A stretch of DNA of 64,000 bases from Octopus bimaculoides (GCF_001194135.2 NC_068983.1:17807643-17871642), one strand, 5' to 3'. Shown: positions 23,345-36,614, counted from the stretch's first letter. Notes: a model not told the origin generated them from the letters alone. Translations and numbers: made by a program.

Positions 23345-26075
23345 TATGATGGCTCTCTCAGGCATGTTCTCAGTCATGGAGTCAGCTACTGTTACCAGCA
23401 CGGAGGACGACAGAAACATTTCACAGGCAGTAAAAATTCTAAATGATAACGCAATTCTGCAAAGAGATCTCAACGCAATATAAAAGTCTGGCGACTTATA
23501 TAAAAATCCTTAGTCATATCATGTCAATATTTGAGCCACAAAGAGGCGGGGGTCACAGAGTTCATATGTTTGCAGCAATACAGCCAGCAAATGTGTCCAC
23601 GTACTCCTTGGTGAGTGTGAGGTGGCGGCCTCTGCCAGAGTTGAATCCCGCTGGGAACCATCTTCCAGTAATCCAGATTTATTGCAGGCTTCCCTTTATG
23701 TAGCGCCATCATGTCCTTCAACAGTTTTTAGGTCAACGAAACTCGTTGGTCCTCTGAACAGATGCAAAAGAACGGAGGTAGAAACACTCTTGCTGGCGGC
23801 GAGCTGGCAGTAACGTTAGCACACCGGACGAAATGCTTAGCGGTATTTCGTCTGCCGTTACGTTCTGAGTTCAAATTCCACCGAGGTCGACTTTGCCTTT
23901 CATCCTTTCGGGGTCGATAAATTAAGTACCAGTTACACACTGGGGTCGATGTAATCGACTTAATCTCCTTGTCTGTCCTTGTTTGTCCCCTCTATGTTTA
24001 GCCCCTTGTAGGTAATAAAGAAATAAGAAACACTCTTGCTGGCTTGGGTGCATTGTGTAAACTCGACCTAGACAACTGTCAAATTTTATGCCCCGTTGTC
24101 CACCAACAGGTTGACCTGCCTGTCTTTGTGTCCATTTCTTTGTTCCATGTGTAGTAGGATGGTACCTGTGGATACAGCAAAGTTCTAGCAAACGGATCTA
24201 CTCGACAAATCTTGAAAAACGCGGTCAGAGTGGTATCTTTTGGTTCTTGTGCCAAGTGAGCAGCAGTCGCAGTAGTAACGTACACTCTGACCATTTTCAA
24301 GATGCACCGCAAGCTGCTCAATAGCTGGATGTCTTTGGTGCAGAGGGAAGCTGAATACGCACCAAAAGACTTCGTTACTACTGATACAACGACCCACTTG
24401 GTACTGAATTACATTATCTCGATTGTTGTCGTTTTGAAGGCAAAACATAACAGCATCGGAACCCTTATCCGCGTACTTACAGACGTACTTGATGGACTTG
24501 ACAGAGTTGCAGAACTCAACGTTGTTGTTGGCGTCGAAAACCTTTTGTAGAAGAGAGCAATAAGGAACTATTCATCTATTGTCAATTTCACACTGGCCAA
24601 CTTTTGCAGTGGATGCTCCATCTTCAGATCTTCTTCGTCTGTACAATGGATACCCATTGTTCTCATTCTCTGTTTCGAGAAGCAACTGTCGGGGTTTAGT
24701 TGTCTGAACGAAGTCGCTTCTGATTTAACCTTATGAAGCACAGCCTTTTCGACACCATTTTCGCAGTCATGTCAACGGCAGAAGAGGCCTCACGAACGAT
24801 GTAGGTGGTTGAACGAATTTGGGCGAATCATAAAAGGAAGCGTGTAGAAGGCCATGCAAGAAACTGACTTGGTGGTTTGTTCGTCGGGATTGTTGGTATT
24901 ATACTGTGGAATACCGAAATGGTATCCAACCTCACTATTCACGAACAGCAGTGAATGCTGCAAAGCATCGTATGATCTGTGTGTTTCACAAATTCTTTGT
25001 AGAGTGTTATCATGACATTTGAGAACAATGTCTCGTTTGCGAGGCTGTTCACCATGAGGAACATCGGCGACCTCATTACAGGAAGGGGCTTTGTAGTGCC
25101 CAGCATGCTCTCCGGTCGGCCATTGGTCAGCATTAAATATGACATTGAATTTTGGTGAGGTCGATGCTTCTAAGGCATACTTGAAGCTCTGAACGTAGCT
25201 GTTTTGCGTACAGCATATCCTGAAGCTGAAGTATAAACTCCTTTCTGGTTCCGAATGAAATTGAGTCTCGCTTGTTCGTGATAGTCACCAATAAAGTATA
25301 AAGTTGAAGAAATTGAGGCTCTTCATCAACAGAAGGCTGGAGTGGTCCAATCCTATGTTAAACCTGTCCCTGTACTTTAAAAGTAGGCATAAAACCATCA
25401 TCACTGACAATGTTTGCCCCCGAAAGATGTCATCTGAAACGCGCAATTGTACTTTCTGATGTTGTTGCGGCATTGTTTTAAATTTGATAATGAACCTAAT
25501 AGAAGTAACTTCAATAGTTGAGCTGGATCCTCGAGGATGGGTAATCTAACCTTACCATTAAAGCAACACATTCCAGAACTTTCTCCTGACCACATTTTGG
25601 CGGAGCAGTGTTGGCAAATTACGGACATACTACCAATCAGTATTTTAGGTAGAACAGCATAGTTACAATTTGGATCATATTTGAACTCCTTATACGACCA
25701 TCATGAAGAACATACCCTTGAAGCACCCTGCCTAGTAGCTCTACGTATTACATTACCCTCAAGCCGGTTACCTCGATCAGTTGGGGTTTCGGAAGCTCTA
25801 GCAGCAGCAGTTGCAGCAGCTCTGTTCAGACAGACTGTACGCTGTCCGTCAGTTTCTGCTGCTAAAGCAGCGGCAGCTCCTGCAACATTTCTCTTTTGAC
25901 GTTTCAAACGCTGCTCATCGGTAGCCATTGTTCTTAGAAATAGCTCATCTCAAAGCATTTTTGGTTAACCTACTATTAGTATCCTCTGGTGTTTCATTAG
26001 CTCGCCTTATTTACAACTTCGAAACTCGTGCAGTGTTGCGCCCTATTCAAGATCGAGATCGTTTAGGAATGATTA
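23345..26075 (-). mobile_element. Helitron RepHel remnant, internally deleted, no helicase domain
   Basis: CQHCSAKMW..MCCFNGKVRLP, NIRKYNCAFQMTSFG, THRSYDALQ, NGYPLYRRR, SIKYVCKY, HPAIEQLAVHLENGQ, TLTAFF, YTWN, all typical of RepHel. Confidence 0.88.
23795..24025 (+). mobile_element. full-length SINE family A with TSD, inserted in the Helitron
   Basis: AGAAACACTCTTGCTGGC at 23780-23797 and 24026-24043 (last bases overlap SINE start); Helitron frame (QECF|YLR) resumes across it. Confidence 0.92.
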
Positions 26076-27204
26076 TTGGATATTTTTGAATCGACAAAAA
26101 AAAAAAAAAAAAAAAAAAAAAACTTACACGCCAATGGTGACAAATACAAATAGATTTTTACACCTTGTGCATTCCAGCACTACATGGGAACCGAAACATG
26201 GCTAATACAGTATTTAGTATATTGGATTGTTTAAGTATATGTCAAAAGGTAAACGAGCTATGCAATGGAATGATAGTTTAAATGAGTGGCAAGCTTATCT
26301 ATAAATACTATTTATAGGCAAAAAAAGTTTATAATGAATTTGCAAATAGTTTTTAATAAAAAAAAACGGAAATGAAAAGTAAAATAGGATAAGATGTATA
26401 GGTTTGGGATATTTGAATATGGTTGTAAGCCTGGTTAATTATGCTGGAATTAATTGGTAGAAGTTAAAGGCCGATTAAAAAAAAATAGAAGGCAATATCA
26501 AATACTTACCAAGAAGGTGCGATTTCTGCAACTGAGCTTCAGGTTTTGTTGACACATATTACGTGTAAGCGTTCATGAAATAATAAGTATTGATTTTCCT
26601 AATACAACTTGTATGCAGAAATCAATAGTGCATACAATCAATAGTGCACACAAATTTGATTAAACCTTGAAAAATGCACGTATGATTTAATTGCAGTGAC
26701 GAAACACTGTATCCAGTTAGATAAGATGAAGAAATTTCGCGAGCTGTCTTTAAAATCGCATTATTATGTTTTACACAGTGTAGTTTGTTATGGATTGTTT
26801 AAAAAACGATGCGTCTCAGTAAAAACAGGAGTTTTAAGTAAAAGCGTAAAAATATTGAAATAATTAGGAATTTTTCATCTGAATCTGGTGCAAACTGACT
26901 GTAATCGCCAGAAAGTGTAGGATAAAAAACCCAGTTTAAACCACTTATTTAGGGCGTTTTGAATTAAACATGTTCATACAAATTAAGAAATTCTGTTAGG
27001 AATTGAAATTTGAAGTTTCGACTAAGTTTCAACCCATTTAGTCGCGGATATTCCCCTTCTAAAGCGGATGATCCTGAAAAATGTTTTGCTTCAAACAGTT
27101 CTTGTTTCAAAGTTGATGTTGAATTGCAATCTGGAGTAAATTGGTACCAATAGGCAGACAGAGGTTATTGGCTAAACAACGACGCTGAGAAAAATAGCTC
27201 AAAC

Positions 27205-28878
27205 TAATATTTTAAATTTTAATCAAGTCACAGAGGGAGCATACACACATGCAGGGACAAGCAACACATGAAAAATGAAATGAAAATGAATATAGTTACA
27301 ATGAAAATGAAACGGCCATCTTGGCCCCGCTCCGAGATGAAACCGTGATTTCCCCTTTTTTTACAGTTTAAGGGAAAAGTTTTTACATATGTTCTTCTAA
27401 CCGAGATGGTTACGAGTTTTACTATTTTTTAAAAAACAAAATGTTTAACCAAAAGGTTTTTATGAGTCTTTTGACAGTCTTTAAAACAAATCATAACTTA
27501 CCACTTTTTTGTTATCTCAACATAATCCACCACCGAGGCACGAGGTTCAATCTCGACCTCCGGCCCCAGTGGATTCACTTCCGTGGGAAAGGCCTCCTTC
27601 AATGCGCTATAATTTACATCATCCATTAGGATACAACTCATGCTCTTGTCGTAACCTACTTCTTAAGTTCACTTTTACTATACCTTTCAGTTTTGAAATT
27701 CTTCTCACTAACTTTTGGGCTGTCCTATATGTCACTAGAAAAACCTTACTTCTGTGTATGTCTTGTATGTCTGTGCATTGTGACTGACTCTGTGCTTTTC
27801 TGTGTCTGTAATTCTGCGTTATCCTGTCATTGTCTGTCTATGATTCTCTGTCACTGTATGTCTATGTATTTGTGTGTTTGTGAGTCTGTATGTTTGTGTG
27901 CCTGTAAATCTGCGTGTTTCGTCTGTGTGTCTGTGTTTTTAGGCTTTTGTGATTCTGAATTATCGTGTGACTGTTTGTATTTCTTTGTGTCTGCAAGCCT
28001 TTGTGTTTATGTGTCTGTGGGTCTGAATGTTTATGTGCTCGCAAGTCTTTGTTTTTGCTTGGTAATGAATTCTTATCTGTAGCATTTTTCACTGGAGGTC
28101 CTACTGGCGAACGTTTCCTGCTTTTCGTTGTAGGTTGGTTTACATCTTCCTTGGCTTTGTAGTTTTCTGTTCCATTATCGTTAGTGACCTCCTCCTCTCT
28201 CTTTTTCTTGATTTTACTTCCACAAAAATTACTATCTTGTTCTGTTATTTGATTCCGCTGTCTCTCCGCCATTATATTCTCCTGAATACTCCCCTCTACG
28301 ATTTCTATTACTGCTCTAGGGCATCTCTTTCTTAAGTGCCCTCTTTTACCACATTCGTGACACTTTTGGGGCCTCCTCTCCAACATTATCGCCAGCTTTT
28401 CTTCATTTGGTAGCTCTAAAGTTTCAGGTATTCCTTCATAATACTTCTGGCTCACTGCACAAATTATCTCTATTCCATAGCTAATTTACTTGTTGGGTCC
28501 GGTTTATCATGCCCATCCTACAATCTTCGCCGTTTCCCTCCCTATCTTCGAAAAAAATCGCCGATATTATATATTCTGGTTCCATCCACGGTGAGATTCT
28601 TCCCACACTAATTCTAACAATCCGTTTGTCCAAACAGTTTAGCAGCAATGTCCATTTCTCCCCTTGTATCATCCTCGTGGAGGATTTTTCCGCCTCCTCC
28701 TCTGATACAAAGATTACCACTATAGACGCATATCTCTTCTCTCTCGTAATGAACGCTATGCTGTCTCCTATATGTCTTTCCGAATTGTTTTCTATTTCTT
28801 CCTGCGGTGCATTTTCAATTCTGTTTTTATTTGAAAATGTTCTGAATATTACCGTCTTCTTTCCCATTTTCACTTTTG
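27205..28878 (-). mobile_element. second ORF1-bearing, RT-less L1/Tx1-related element, 5'-truncated
   Basis: KKTVIFRTFS..YASIVVIFVSEEEAEK aligns to KKTLIYKMYS..YGTMVVQFRTAEEAKR; knuckle CHECGKRGHLRKRC; 3' UTR resembles 5241-5400; no TSD seen. Confidence 0.7.
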
Positions 28879-28880
28879 GT

Positions 28881-29740
28881 TAACCACCGAAACTAGCGAA
28901 CGAGGAGAACATCCGTTTTGCCAGCGGAGGCCACATCCGTCCCCCATCGAGAAGAATCCAGAGATGCCTCAACCTTAGCGCAGATTTGCGCATCAACAGC
29001 CAAGGCATAGCTAGTCTTTCCTTTAACGGTCTTTTACAGTAAATAGAGCGTCTTACAAGTGGCTTCAAGCCTTCAACAAAAAAGCGAAAGAATTATCTTT
29101 CCAACTTGATCAACCACGAATCCGGGCAAGGAACGACGGTTAGGCGGTAGGTAATGACCGATACGATGAATACCTTGGCCACCTCTGCCCTCCCTTTCAG
29201 GGATATCCACCTCCAAGACCAGATCTTGACTATGTGTGCCACCCTGCTCGAAACCTCCGCCCGGTTCTTCTCTACCTGGAGGTCTGGACCAAACCAGACC
29301 CCCTAGCAACTTAACCAGTCCCTCCATTCCAACGTCCTACAACGCTGTCTGAAGGTATCGACTCGCCCCTCCAGGTGCCGAGTTGCAAGCCGACTGATTT
29401 TTCCCAGTTAATCTTTGCTCCTGCCACCGTCTCGTAAACCTCAATTGCCTTGCCTACCTCCTGTACGTGTTCCATTCTGGTCACGCTGATGGCGATGTCA
29501 TCCGCATAAGCTGAAACCGACTCTCCACATCCTGGCTCTCTCGGGATGCTACTCAACTTTCGCAGTAACGGTTCAAGAGCCATCACATACAAAAGCGGTG
29601 AGAATGGACACCCTTGGCAAACCGAGCATTTGATACAGAACGGTCTTGATAGAAAACCGTTCACCCGAAAGATCGAGTTAACGTTTTCGTACAATTGTAT
29701 TATCTACATAAGGAAGCCAAGGCTCAAGTCAAACTGTGCA
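28881..29740 (-). mobile_element. L1/Tx1-clade RT fragment
   Basis: RVNGFLSRPF, QGCPFSPLLYVMALEPLLRKL, SAYADDIAI, GAKINWEKSVGLQLG, SLKGRAEVAKVF, PLVRRSI. Confidence 0.9.
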
Positions 29741-29749
29741 AGAATACAG

Positions 29750-29917
29750 TTCTATATTTAAGAGATGAGGAATTATGTACATTATTTATATTTGACGGAT
29801 ATTTGTTCACATCTTGTTTGTTGTTAACACAACGTTTCGGCTGATATACTCTCCAGCCTTCATCAGGTGTCTTGGGGAAATTTTGAACCTGGTTCTCATT
29901 CCTAAGGTATTTTTTGA

Positions 29918-29961
<44 letters not shown>

Positions 29962-30012
29962 TTATTATTATTATTAGGGTCACTGCCTGGAATAAAACTC
30001 GGAATCTTTGGG
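29750..30012 (-). mobile_element. tRNA-headed non-coding element with (TAA)n spacer and hammerhead
   Basis: B-box-like GAGTTTTATTCC (29989-30000), (TAA)n at about 29911-29976, then hammerhead; A-box part missing. Confidence 0.65.
29826..29871 (-). ncRNA. minimal type I hammerhead ribozyme (PLE type)
   Basis: GACAC-CUGAUGA-A-GGCUG(10 nt)CAGCC-GAAA-CG-UU-GUGUU; helix III reduced to palindromic ACGU. Confidence 0.75.
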
Positions 30013-30029
30013 CGTCGAGTAGACATTGC

Positions 30030-30370
30030 GTCTCACTTTTTCATTCTTGCATATTATAATTTTATTTTAATTTTTCTTCTACTATTATAATTCGCTTTTA
30101 TAATTTTTAGTTCCCTGATTTTATGTTTGTTGCGTTTTGTACCGTCTTTATGTTTTGTGATGTCTTAAAAATTCTTTGTATAGCCCTTTTGGGGTAATAA
30201 AGAAATCGGTATTTCGTCTATATTTACATTCTGAGTTCAAATTATGCCGAGGTCGACTTTGCCTTTCAGCATGTCGGGGTTGATAAAATAAGTACCAGCT
30301 GAGCACTGGGATTGATGTGATCGACTAGCCCCACTCACCCAAAATTTCAGGTCTTGTGCCTATAGTAGGA
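30030..30370 (+). mobile_element. LINE-like 3' tail (30030-30206) fused to headless SINE family A body (30207-30370)
   Basis: TGTATAGCCCTTTTGGGGTAATAAAGAAAT is followed directly by CGGTATTTCG..GAGTTCAAAT..GGTCGACTTTGCC. Confidence 0.65.
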
Positions 30371-30379
30371 GGCTCTTCC

Positions 30380-30789
30380 CAGAGAAGAGAATATGTTACT
30401 TTAAGCATATATTTTCGAAACTGAATTGAATAAAATTTTATTCCATAATATTCTGTTCTGCCCATTAAATCTAGGCATAGATCAAACTGAGAACAAACCA
30501 CTAATGACTTTTAATTGTCTTGATCTAACTCTGTCGATCATATGTTTTCATTTCACTAAGAAACAATCTCCTGCAATAACTTTCCACAAAAATTAATAGA
30601 GAGATTAAGAGAGAGATTTCTTTCTCAAGAGAATATGATTGATTCCATAGAAGGCCTTGTTGAAATCAAGAGTCATGTCATCGAGGTTGGAATTCTTTGT
30701 TTGTTTGTTTGTTTGTTCCTTCCTTCCTTCCTTCCTTCCTTCCTTCCTTCCTTCCTTCTTTCTTTCTTTCTTTTTCTTCTTTCGTTCCT

Positions 30790-30832
<43 letters not shown>

Positions 30833-31065
30833 CTTCTTTCCTTCCCTCTTTCTTTCTCTCTGTGTGTCTCTGAATATATTTAAATTCTCATGAAAGTAGT
30901 GCAGAAGCTGTGTTAACCAGTCTTTGCCACGTGAAAACTGCGCGTAGGATTTAAGAGATTTATTTTTCTTTTTGCTCTCTAGAAAATCAGTTATTCTTGA
31001 TCTCACCACCTTCTCAAATATTTTAATGATATGAAAGGTGAGATTGGACGGTAATTTACTGCCAG
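30380..31065 (-). mobile_element. CR1/Jockey-like RT fragment interrupted by (TTTG)(TTCC)(TTTC)n at about 30695-30860
   Basis: NYRPIS, IIKIFEKVVRSRITDFLE, QFSRGKDWLTQLLHYF, LDFNKAFYGINH. Confidence 0.75.
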
Positions 31066-31329
31066 AAATTACCCATCAATAAATTGACTATTAAATTCTT
31101 TTGAAGTTGACCTATTTGATCTTGTTAGAAACATTAAATTTTCAAAATATAAAACTCTAAAATTCTTTCTACAAGGATCTTCGTACATACACACACACAC
31201 ACATACATACATACGTACATACATATCTGTGTGTATATATGAGTTGAGTAAGTGATATACTTATTTATATAATATTGTAGATATATAATATTATATGGAG
31301 TGCGTGAATCTGTTGCTTGTCAATGTGTG

Positions 31330-33185
31330 TAAATATTTATTTTTAAAAGTTCTGTTGCGGGAGAATGATATAGTGAAGAATCTTCTATTTTGATAAACAA
31401 AATGAAACCCCTGGCAACGACAATAAATTTAGCTGTAAATCAAATAAGTGCCCATCAGTAAATTGACTTTTCAATTCTTTTGAAGATGACCTATGTGCTC
31501 TTGTTAGAAACACTAAACTTAGAAACGCTATAATTCTATTTAGTAGGATGTTAATAAAAAAAAAAAATATGAGAAATACAATATTCTAGGAATATCAACC
31601 TGCATTTGGATAAAGCTGGAAACCTGCTCTAAGTGAATAACGGATCTCACTATTGTTTTGTCTATCATTTCTAACACAATTAACTATACAAAGAACATAT
31701 GAGGTATTTGAATGGCATTAACAACGGAAGCCTCCGGAATACCTCAAATCTAAATAAACATAATGAATCAGAACTACTCACTCTTGATCAGCCCTATTAT
31801 ATTCTTGAAGACCACAAAATTAATTTCAATGACGATCCATCAATAAGACTAATTAATCCTACAGAATTGAGCTTAATTATAATTAGAAAACAATTTCTAG
31901 ATAAGATTTTACCTAAGGTTAAGCAGGTTTCTCCATTAAGCTTTTCGAAAAAGACTCAAGGTCTCTAATTGATTGCTTTAAATCCTAACTTCGACATTAA
32001 TGATTACTACGCTTCCATCACTAAAACTCGGTGAATTGAAGTACTTAACATTTCTAACATAATTGTTACTATTACTGTTAATGAAATAGAAGTCTATAAT
32101 GCAAACAAGAAAACCTGGCATCTATTACAACGGATCATTATGGATTAAAATTTCTTCTAGAATCCTCTTCATTGACGGTATGAAAGGAAACTATTCAACT
32201 GAAATTAGCAATCTTAACTCTTTGTTCCTACTCTTTAATCTCAAAGATAAAGTCCACGGTGTACAGGGTACTCTCCATAGTTACGGCCGTCTATTGCAGT
32301 TCACTACTTGTAACTTCTGGGCTATAGACAGGATTACAAAATATTTACATCACTTTTTAAGAATGTACTACTACATATTGCATAGATATTAATCGCACAG
32401 TATGTAATTTATTTGATACAACTCTTAATACTGCTAATAATTTATACTATCCTATTCGCGAACATAATAAATCACTGAATTATATGTATAGACATCTTAA
32501 CTACCTAAGGGCTATTATAAATTGTTTAGTAAGGAATGTCTCACTTAAACATTATTATATTCCAGCTAATGGATAGATACTTAAATATTCTGCTACATAT
32601 TACAATAAGACCTCATAGAAGCGCATGTAATAAAAGATATTTATCATACTAAATCAAACACCAGAGCAGTTAGTCGTTGGAATAGAAAAATGAATAATCG
32701 CTGGTTCAACTTTCCGCGTAATTTGCATGTTACCACCCCTCAGTTTAGACAACTTCAACCGCAACCGTGTTTTGTAATGCATTTAATATATGCACGATCA
32801 AAATCTTGCATTCTACAGCATCTAACTTTCCTCAAATTATGCCTTGTGTCTAAAATATATAACTGCATTGTAATAGAAAAAGCCCGTTAAATCCTAATTG
32901 CTTAGGAAAGAACATTGTATACCAATGTAATGCCCATATTGCAAATTCAGCGAATACATACGTTGGTGGTTCTATTGCTAAGGAAATTAAGGCATGAAAT
33001 AGAAGTCTATAATGCAAGCATTAAAACCTGGCATGTATTACAACGGATCATTATGGACTAAAATTTCTTCTAGAATCCTCTTCATTGACGGTATGAAAGG
33101 AATCTATTCAACTGAAATTAGCAATCTTAACTGTTTCTTCCTACTCTTTAATCTCAAAGATAAAATCCACAGTGTACAGGGTAGT
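31330..33185 (+). mobile_element. decayed Penelope-like element (RT, then GIY-YIG) with internal duplication
   Basis: SFEDDLCALVRN, LEDHKINFNDDPSIRLINP, FDINDYYASI, NRWFNFP, PLNPNCLGKNIVY..TYVG; about 32081-32270 repeated at 32995-33185. Confidence 0.72.
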
Positions 33186-34216
33186 ATTAACCTTAGGTAA
33201 CATAAACACACCTTTCATGACGTCTCTTCTCTTTCATATGAGCACAAAATTGGCAGCCTAATTTTTGAATGAGAGTCATATTAATTCTCGATAAATTTGT
33301 TATTTTGAGCACAACGTTTATATTAATCCAAGCAGAAGTAACGCATAGCCTGTCTTAAAATTTTCTCTGCATTTCATAATCCACCATAACAAAAATAATA
33401 CACATATACGTGTGTTTAATGTGTGCGTGTGTATGTGTGTACATGTGTGTGTATATATCTATGGTTACACATACACACATATTGGAAATTTCAGAGTGTA
33501 CTGAGGAAGACAATGAAAAGATTTGCGCAAGTACGTGGAAGAGGCGCATAAATATAAGGACCGAGTCTTGAAGGCTCATTATAATATCATTATAATATCA
33601 TAGCCTCAATGGGGCTAAAAAGAAATGCCTAAGAAATGGACCATTTAATCTTGACACAAAGCGGCAGAGAAAGCTAGCAAGTATCTCTAGATTATGAAAT
33701 CTGTTCTGTGGGTCTGGTTTATGTGTTTTGATCTGTATGAATGTGCCTGTAGTCGTATGCATAAATTTTTGAGTGCATAAATTTATGTGTTCATAAATTT
33801 TTGTGCGCTTCTGCTTCAACAGCTGCTTGTTCAAGTGCACAAGTTTGGATATGAGCTTAACTATTTTATGTATATTTGTGTATACAGGTCTTGTATATGA
33901 CTATGTGTATATGACTATGTGTATATTTTCGCATATATATGCGTTTATAAGTGTCGCCGTTTTGTATATATGCTCGAGTGTCTCTCTTCGTGTGTGTCCG
34001 TTTATAAATCTCATTTGTGTGTTTGTGTGAGTTTTTGTATGTGTGTGTGTAAGTGTGTCCTAGCATGTCTTTGTCAGGGCGTGTGCATCTTTCTTTTAGC
34101 TTTTACTTTTATCAGTTATTGGACAGTGACCATGCTGGGGCACTGCTTTGAAGGTGTTACTCGACCAAGTCGACTACCTTATTGTTTAACTGTTTATAAC
34201 ACATACACACGTGTAC

Positions 34217-34289
<73 letters not shown>

Positions 34290-34799
34290 ACGTAACATAA
34301 CACACACACACACATATATGACCATACCACTTCGCCACGCCGCAGTTACACATATTAAGTGCAGAAATACTTCCAGTTGCGTCAAGCAAGGTCACTGGTT
34401 CTGACAATGTGTTTTTAATCACGCCCAGGTTTTGTGTCCCAGGTTCTGCTCTTAACCAGAATAATGTCTTTAATCTCACAATCTCTACAGAAAAGTATGA
34501 TGATATTTTGAAGCACGTCTCAGTGTGTCCCATTTGAAAGAAAAACAATCCTGCTGTTTCATCTATCTATCGTCCTCTTGTTCTCACTTCTAACATCTCT
34601 AAGATAAAAAAGACAGTCATTTACAGTGACATTCGCTGACACATTAAATCCCTCTCTCCCCTCAGTGACCCCCAGCATGTGTTCTGCGGAACCAGATCAA
34701 CTCGCAATTTTCTCTCTTAAATAAGAGCCCATTCACCAGTGGGCTCTCGTTTTAGAAAAGTGTAGTGAAAGAATGTTTATGTCTTAGACAACAATAAAT

Positions 34800-35930
34800 C
34801 CCTCAACTCTAAGTGGGATGCAAATCTGTCAAAACGTCTCGCATACGAGCTACACCTTCCTCACTTTCCTTGAATCTTTGTGTTCTGTCTTATGCCAGCA
34901 TCGTGACTGTGTTGCCGGAACTCTTTCTGCCTCACTCTCGGTCATCTCTGGTATTCCCCAGTTCGCAGTTTATTCCCGCCTTTCTTCCTTTTATTTATCA
35001 ATATTTTATTTGCTACTGGATGCAACAACCTTCAACTCTAATATAGATGACGCTTCATTCTTCCTAAATTTCCTTCGCCATTGATCATTCGCACGCAGCG
35101 AATTCTTCATTGGTTCCATAAGCAGAAACCTGAAGGCATCTTTCTATGATACCATGCGCACCTTATTTCTTTTAACAGCAACAATACTAAAGCACCACAG
35201 GTGTCATAAAAACACCAGCTCATCACACCCTACTAAGGCTTGACCAACACTCTACTGGAATCCATGTAGTCGTTACAAATGTAAGATGCCACTTCCACAG
35301 AGGATCTGGTTTGGTGAAAGTGCATCCTCAGGTTAGGAAGGGCTCCATCACAAGTTTGGCCCTGAAGCGAAGTGCCAGAAAATATTCAAACTCCCTATAA
35401 CTGCTGATACTCTAGAAGGCTCAATTAAGACCCATTGTGTTGCATGTGGAACAGATCTGCAACTATCCACAGAGACAGCCTGTACTGCATTAAGGGAACA
35501 ATCCCTCTATTACCTGGAAATTAATCACTAACTGACACACTCCAGTCACTGGTCGACATACATGCTATCCCTTCCCTTTGTCTTTTCTAACATCACCATA
35601 CTGATCTCTGTACTTTGGGGCTGGATGATCTCGTGACTCCACCGAACGGATGGATGTTCCTGTCTCATTTATTTTTCTACCTCTTGTTACTCTTGATGCC
35701 TCTACCCATTCTTTCGTCTCCGTACTATATATGCTTGTGTATGTGTGTTCAATCCTTTCTCCATTGAACATCGGCCCGTTTCTGTCTTTTCCCTCAAATG
35801 TATTTCCTGCAGGTTTTGACCCGCCACAGTTTAAAAGTCATATTAATAGAATGAAGCTCACCTCTCTCGGAGGGTATCAGACAAGAAGAGATCAAGGGTT
35901 TAGCCTTCCTTTCAGACTCATCAATTAAAA
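34800..35930 (+). mobile_element. decayed Jockey/CR1-like LINE 3' half
   Basis: VAGTLSASLSVISGIPQ, NIDDAS (cf. YADD), KAQLRP, FKSHINRMKLTSL. Confidence 0.65.
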
Positions 35931-36614
35931 ATATAAGATATATTCACGTGTGTATGCATGTTTATGCGTGTGTGCATGTGCATGTGCGTACAATATATAT
36001 GTTTGTACTTCACAACTGCCAATATGTTTATGTTTCCGTAATTTAGCAGTACGGCAATTAGTAAGCAATATAATGAATACGGAACTTCAAATAAATACCT
36101 ACATTGCAGTGTGGCCGCATGACGAATGACTGAAACAAGTAAAACGATAAAAATAAAAGAAGGCATGAATGTAGTATACTTAAGGAAAAGGAATCAAAAC
36201 TTTAAGAAATAGGGTAAATGATGTTTATGCTTTATTAGAAAGTATCATTAGGTATCATTGAAAATATACAGATTGAACCGTGGAATGAGGATTGAAACAC
36301 CGAGCTCTGAGTCTTGGGTCAAATGTTAATCACAAGTCCTAAAAAAACCGGCAAATTTTACTGTCAAAACAAAGCTAAAAATACATCATTTCCAAACTGA
36401 AATTAAAAATTACGATAAAAACAAAATAATACATCAACATTCAGATTAAGTTCATATCTTCCAATAGAAATAACCACATTCTTTCTGATCAATATTATCG
36501 ATCATGCTTTAATATTCAATTCAATTGATTCCCCACATAATTTAAAACAATAATCCGAAATCTAAATTTCTTTTTCTTCTCTCTTACGATTACTGTTATT
36601 ATTAATATTTTTGT

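Noticed and set aside
27520-27570. B-box-like GGTTCAATCTC
   Set aside because: No A-box or tRNA fold; lies inside the ORF1-only element.
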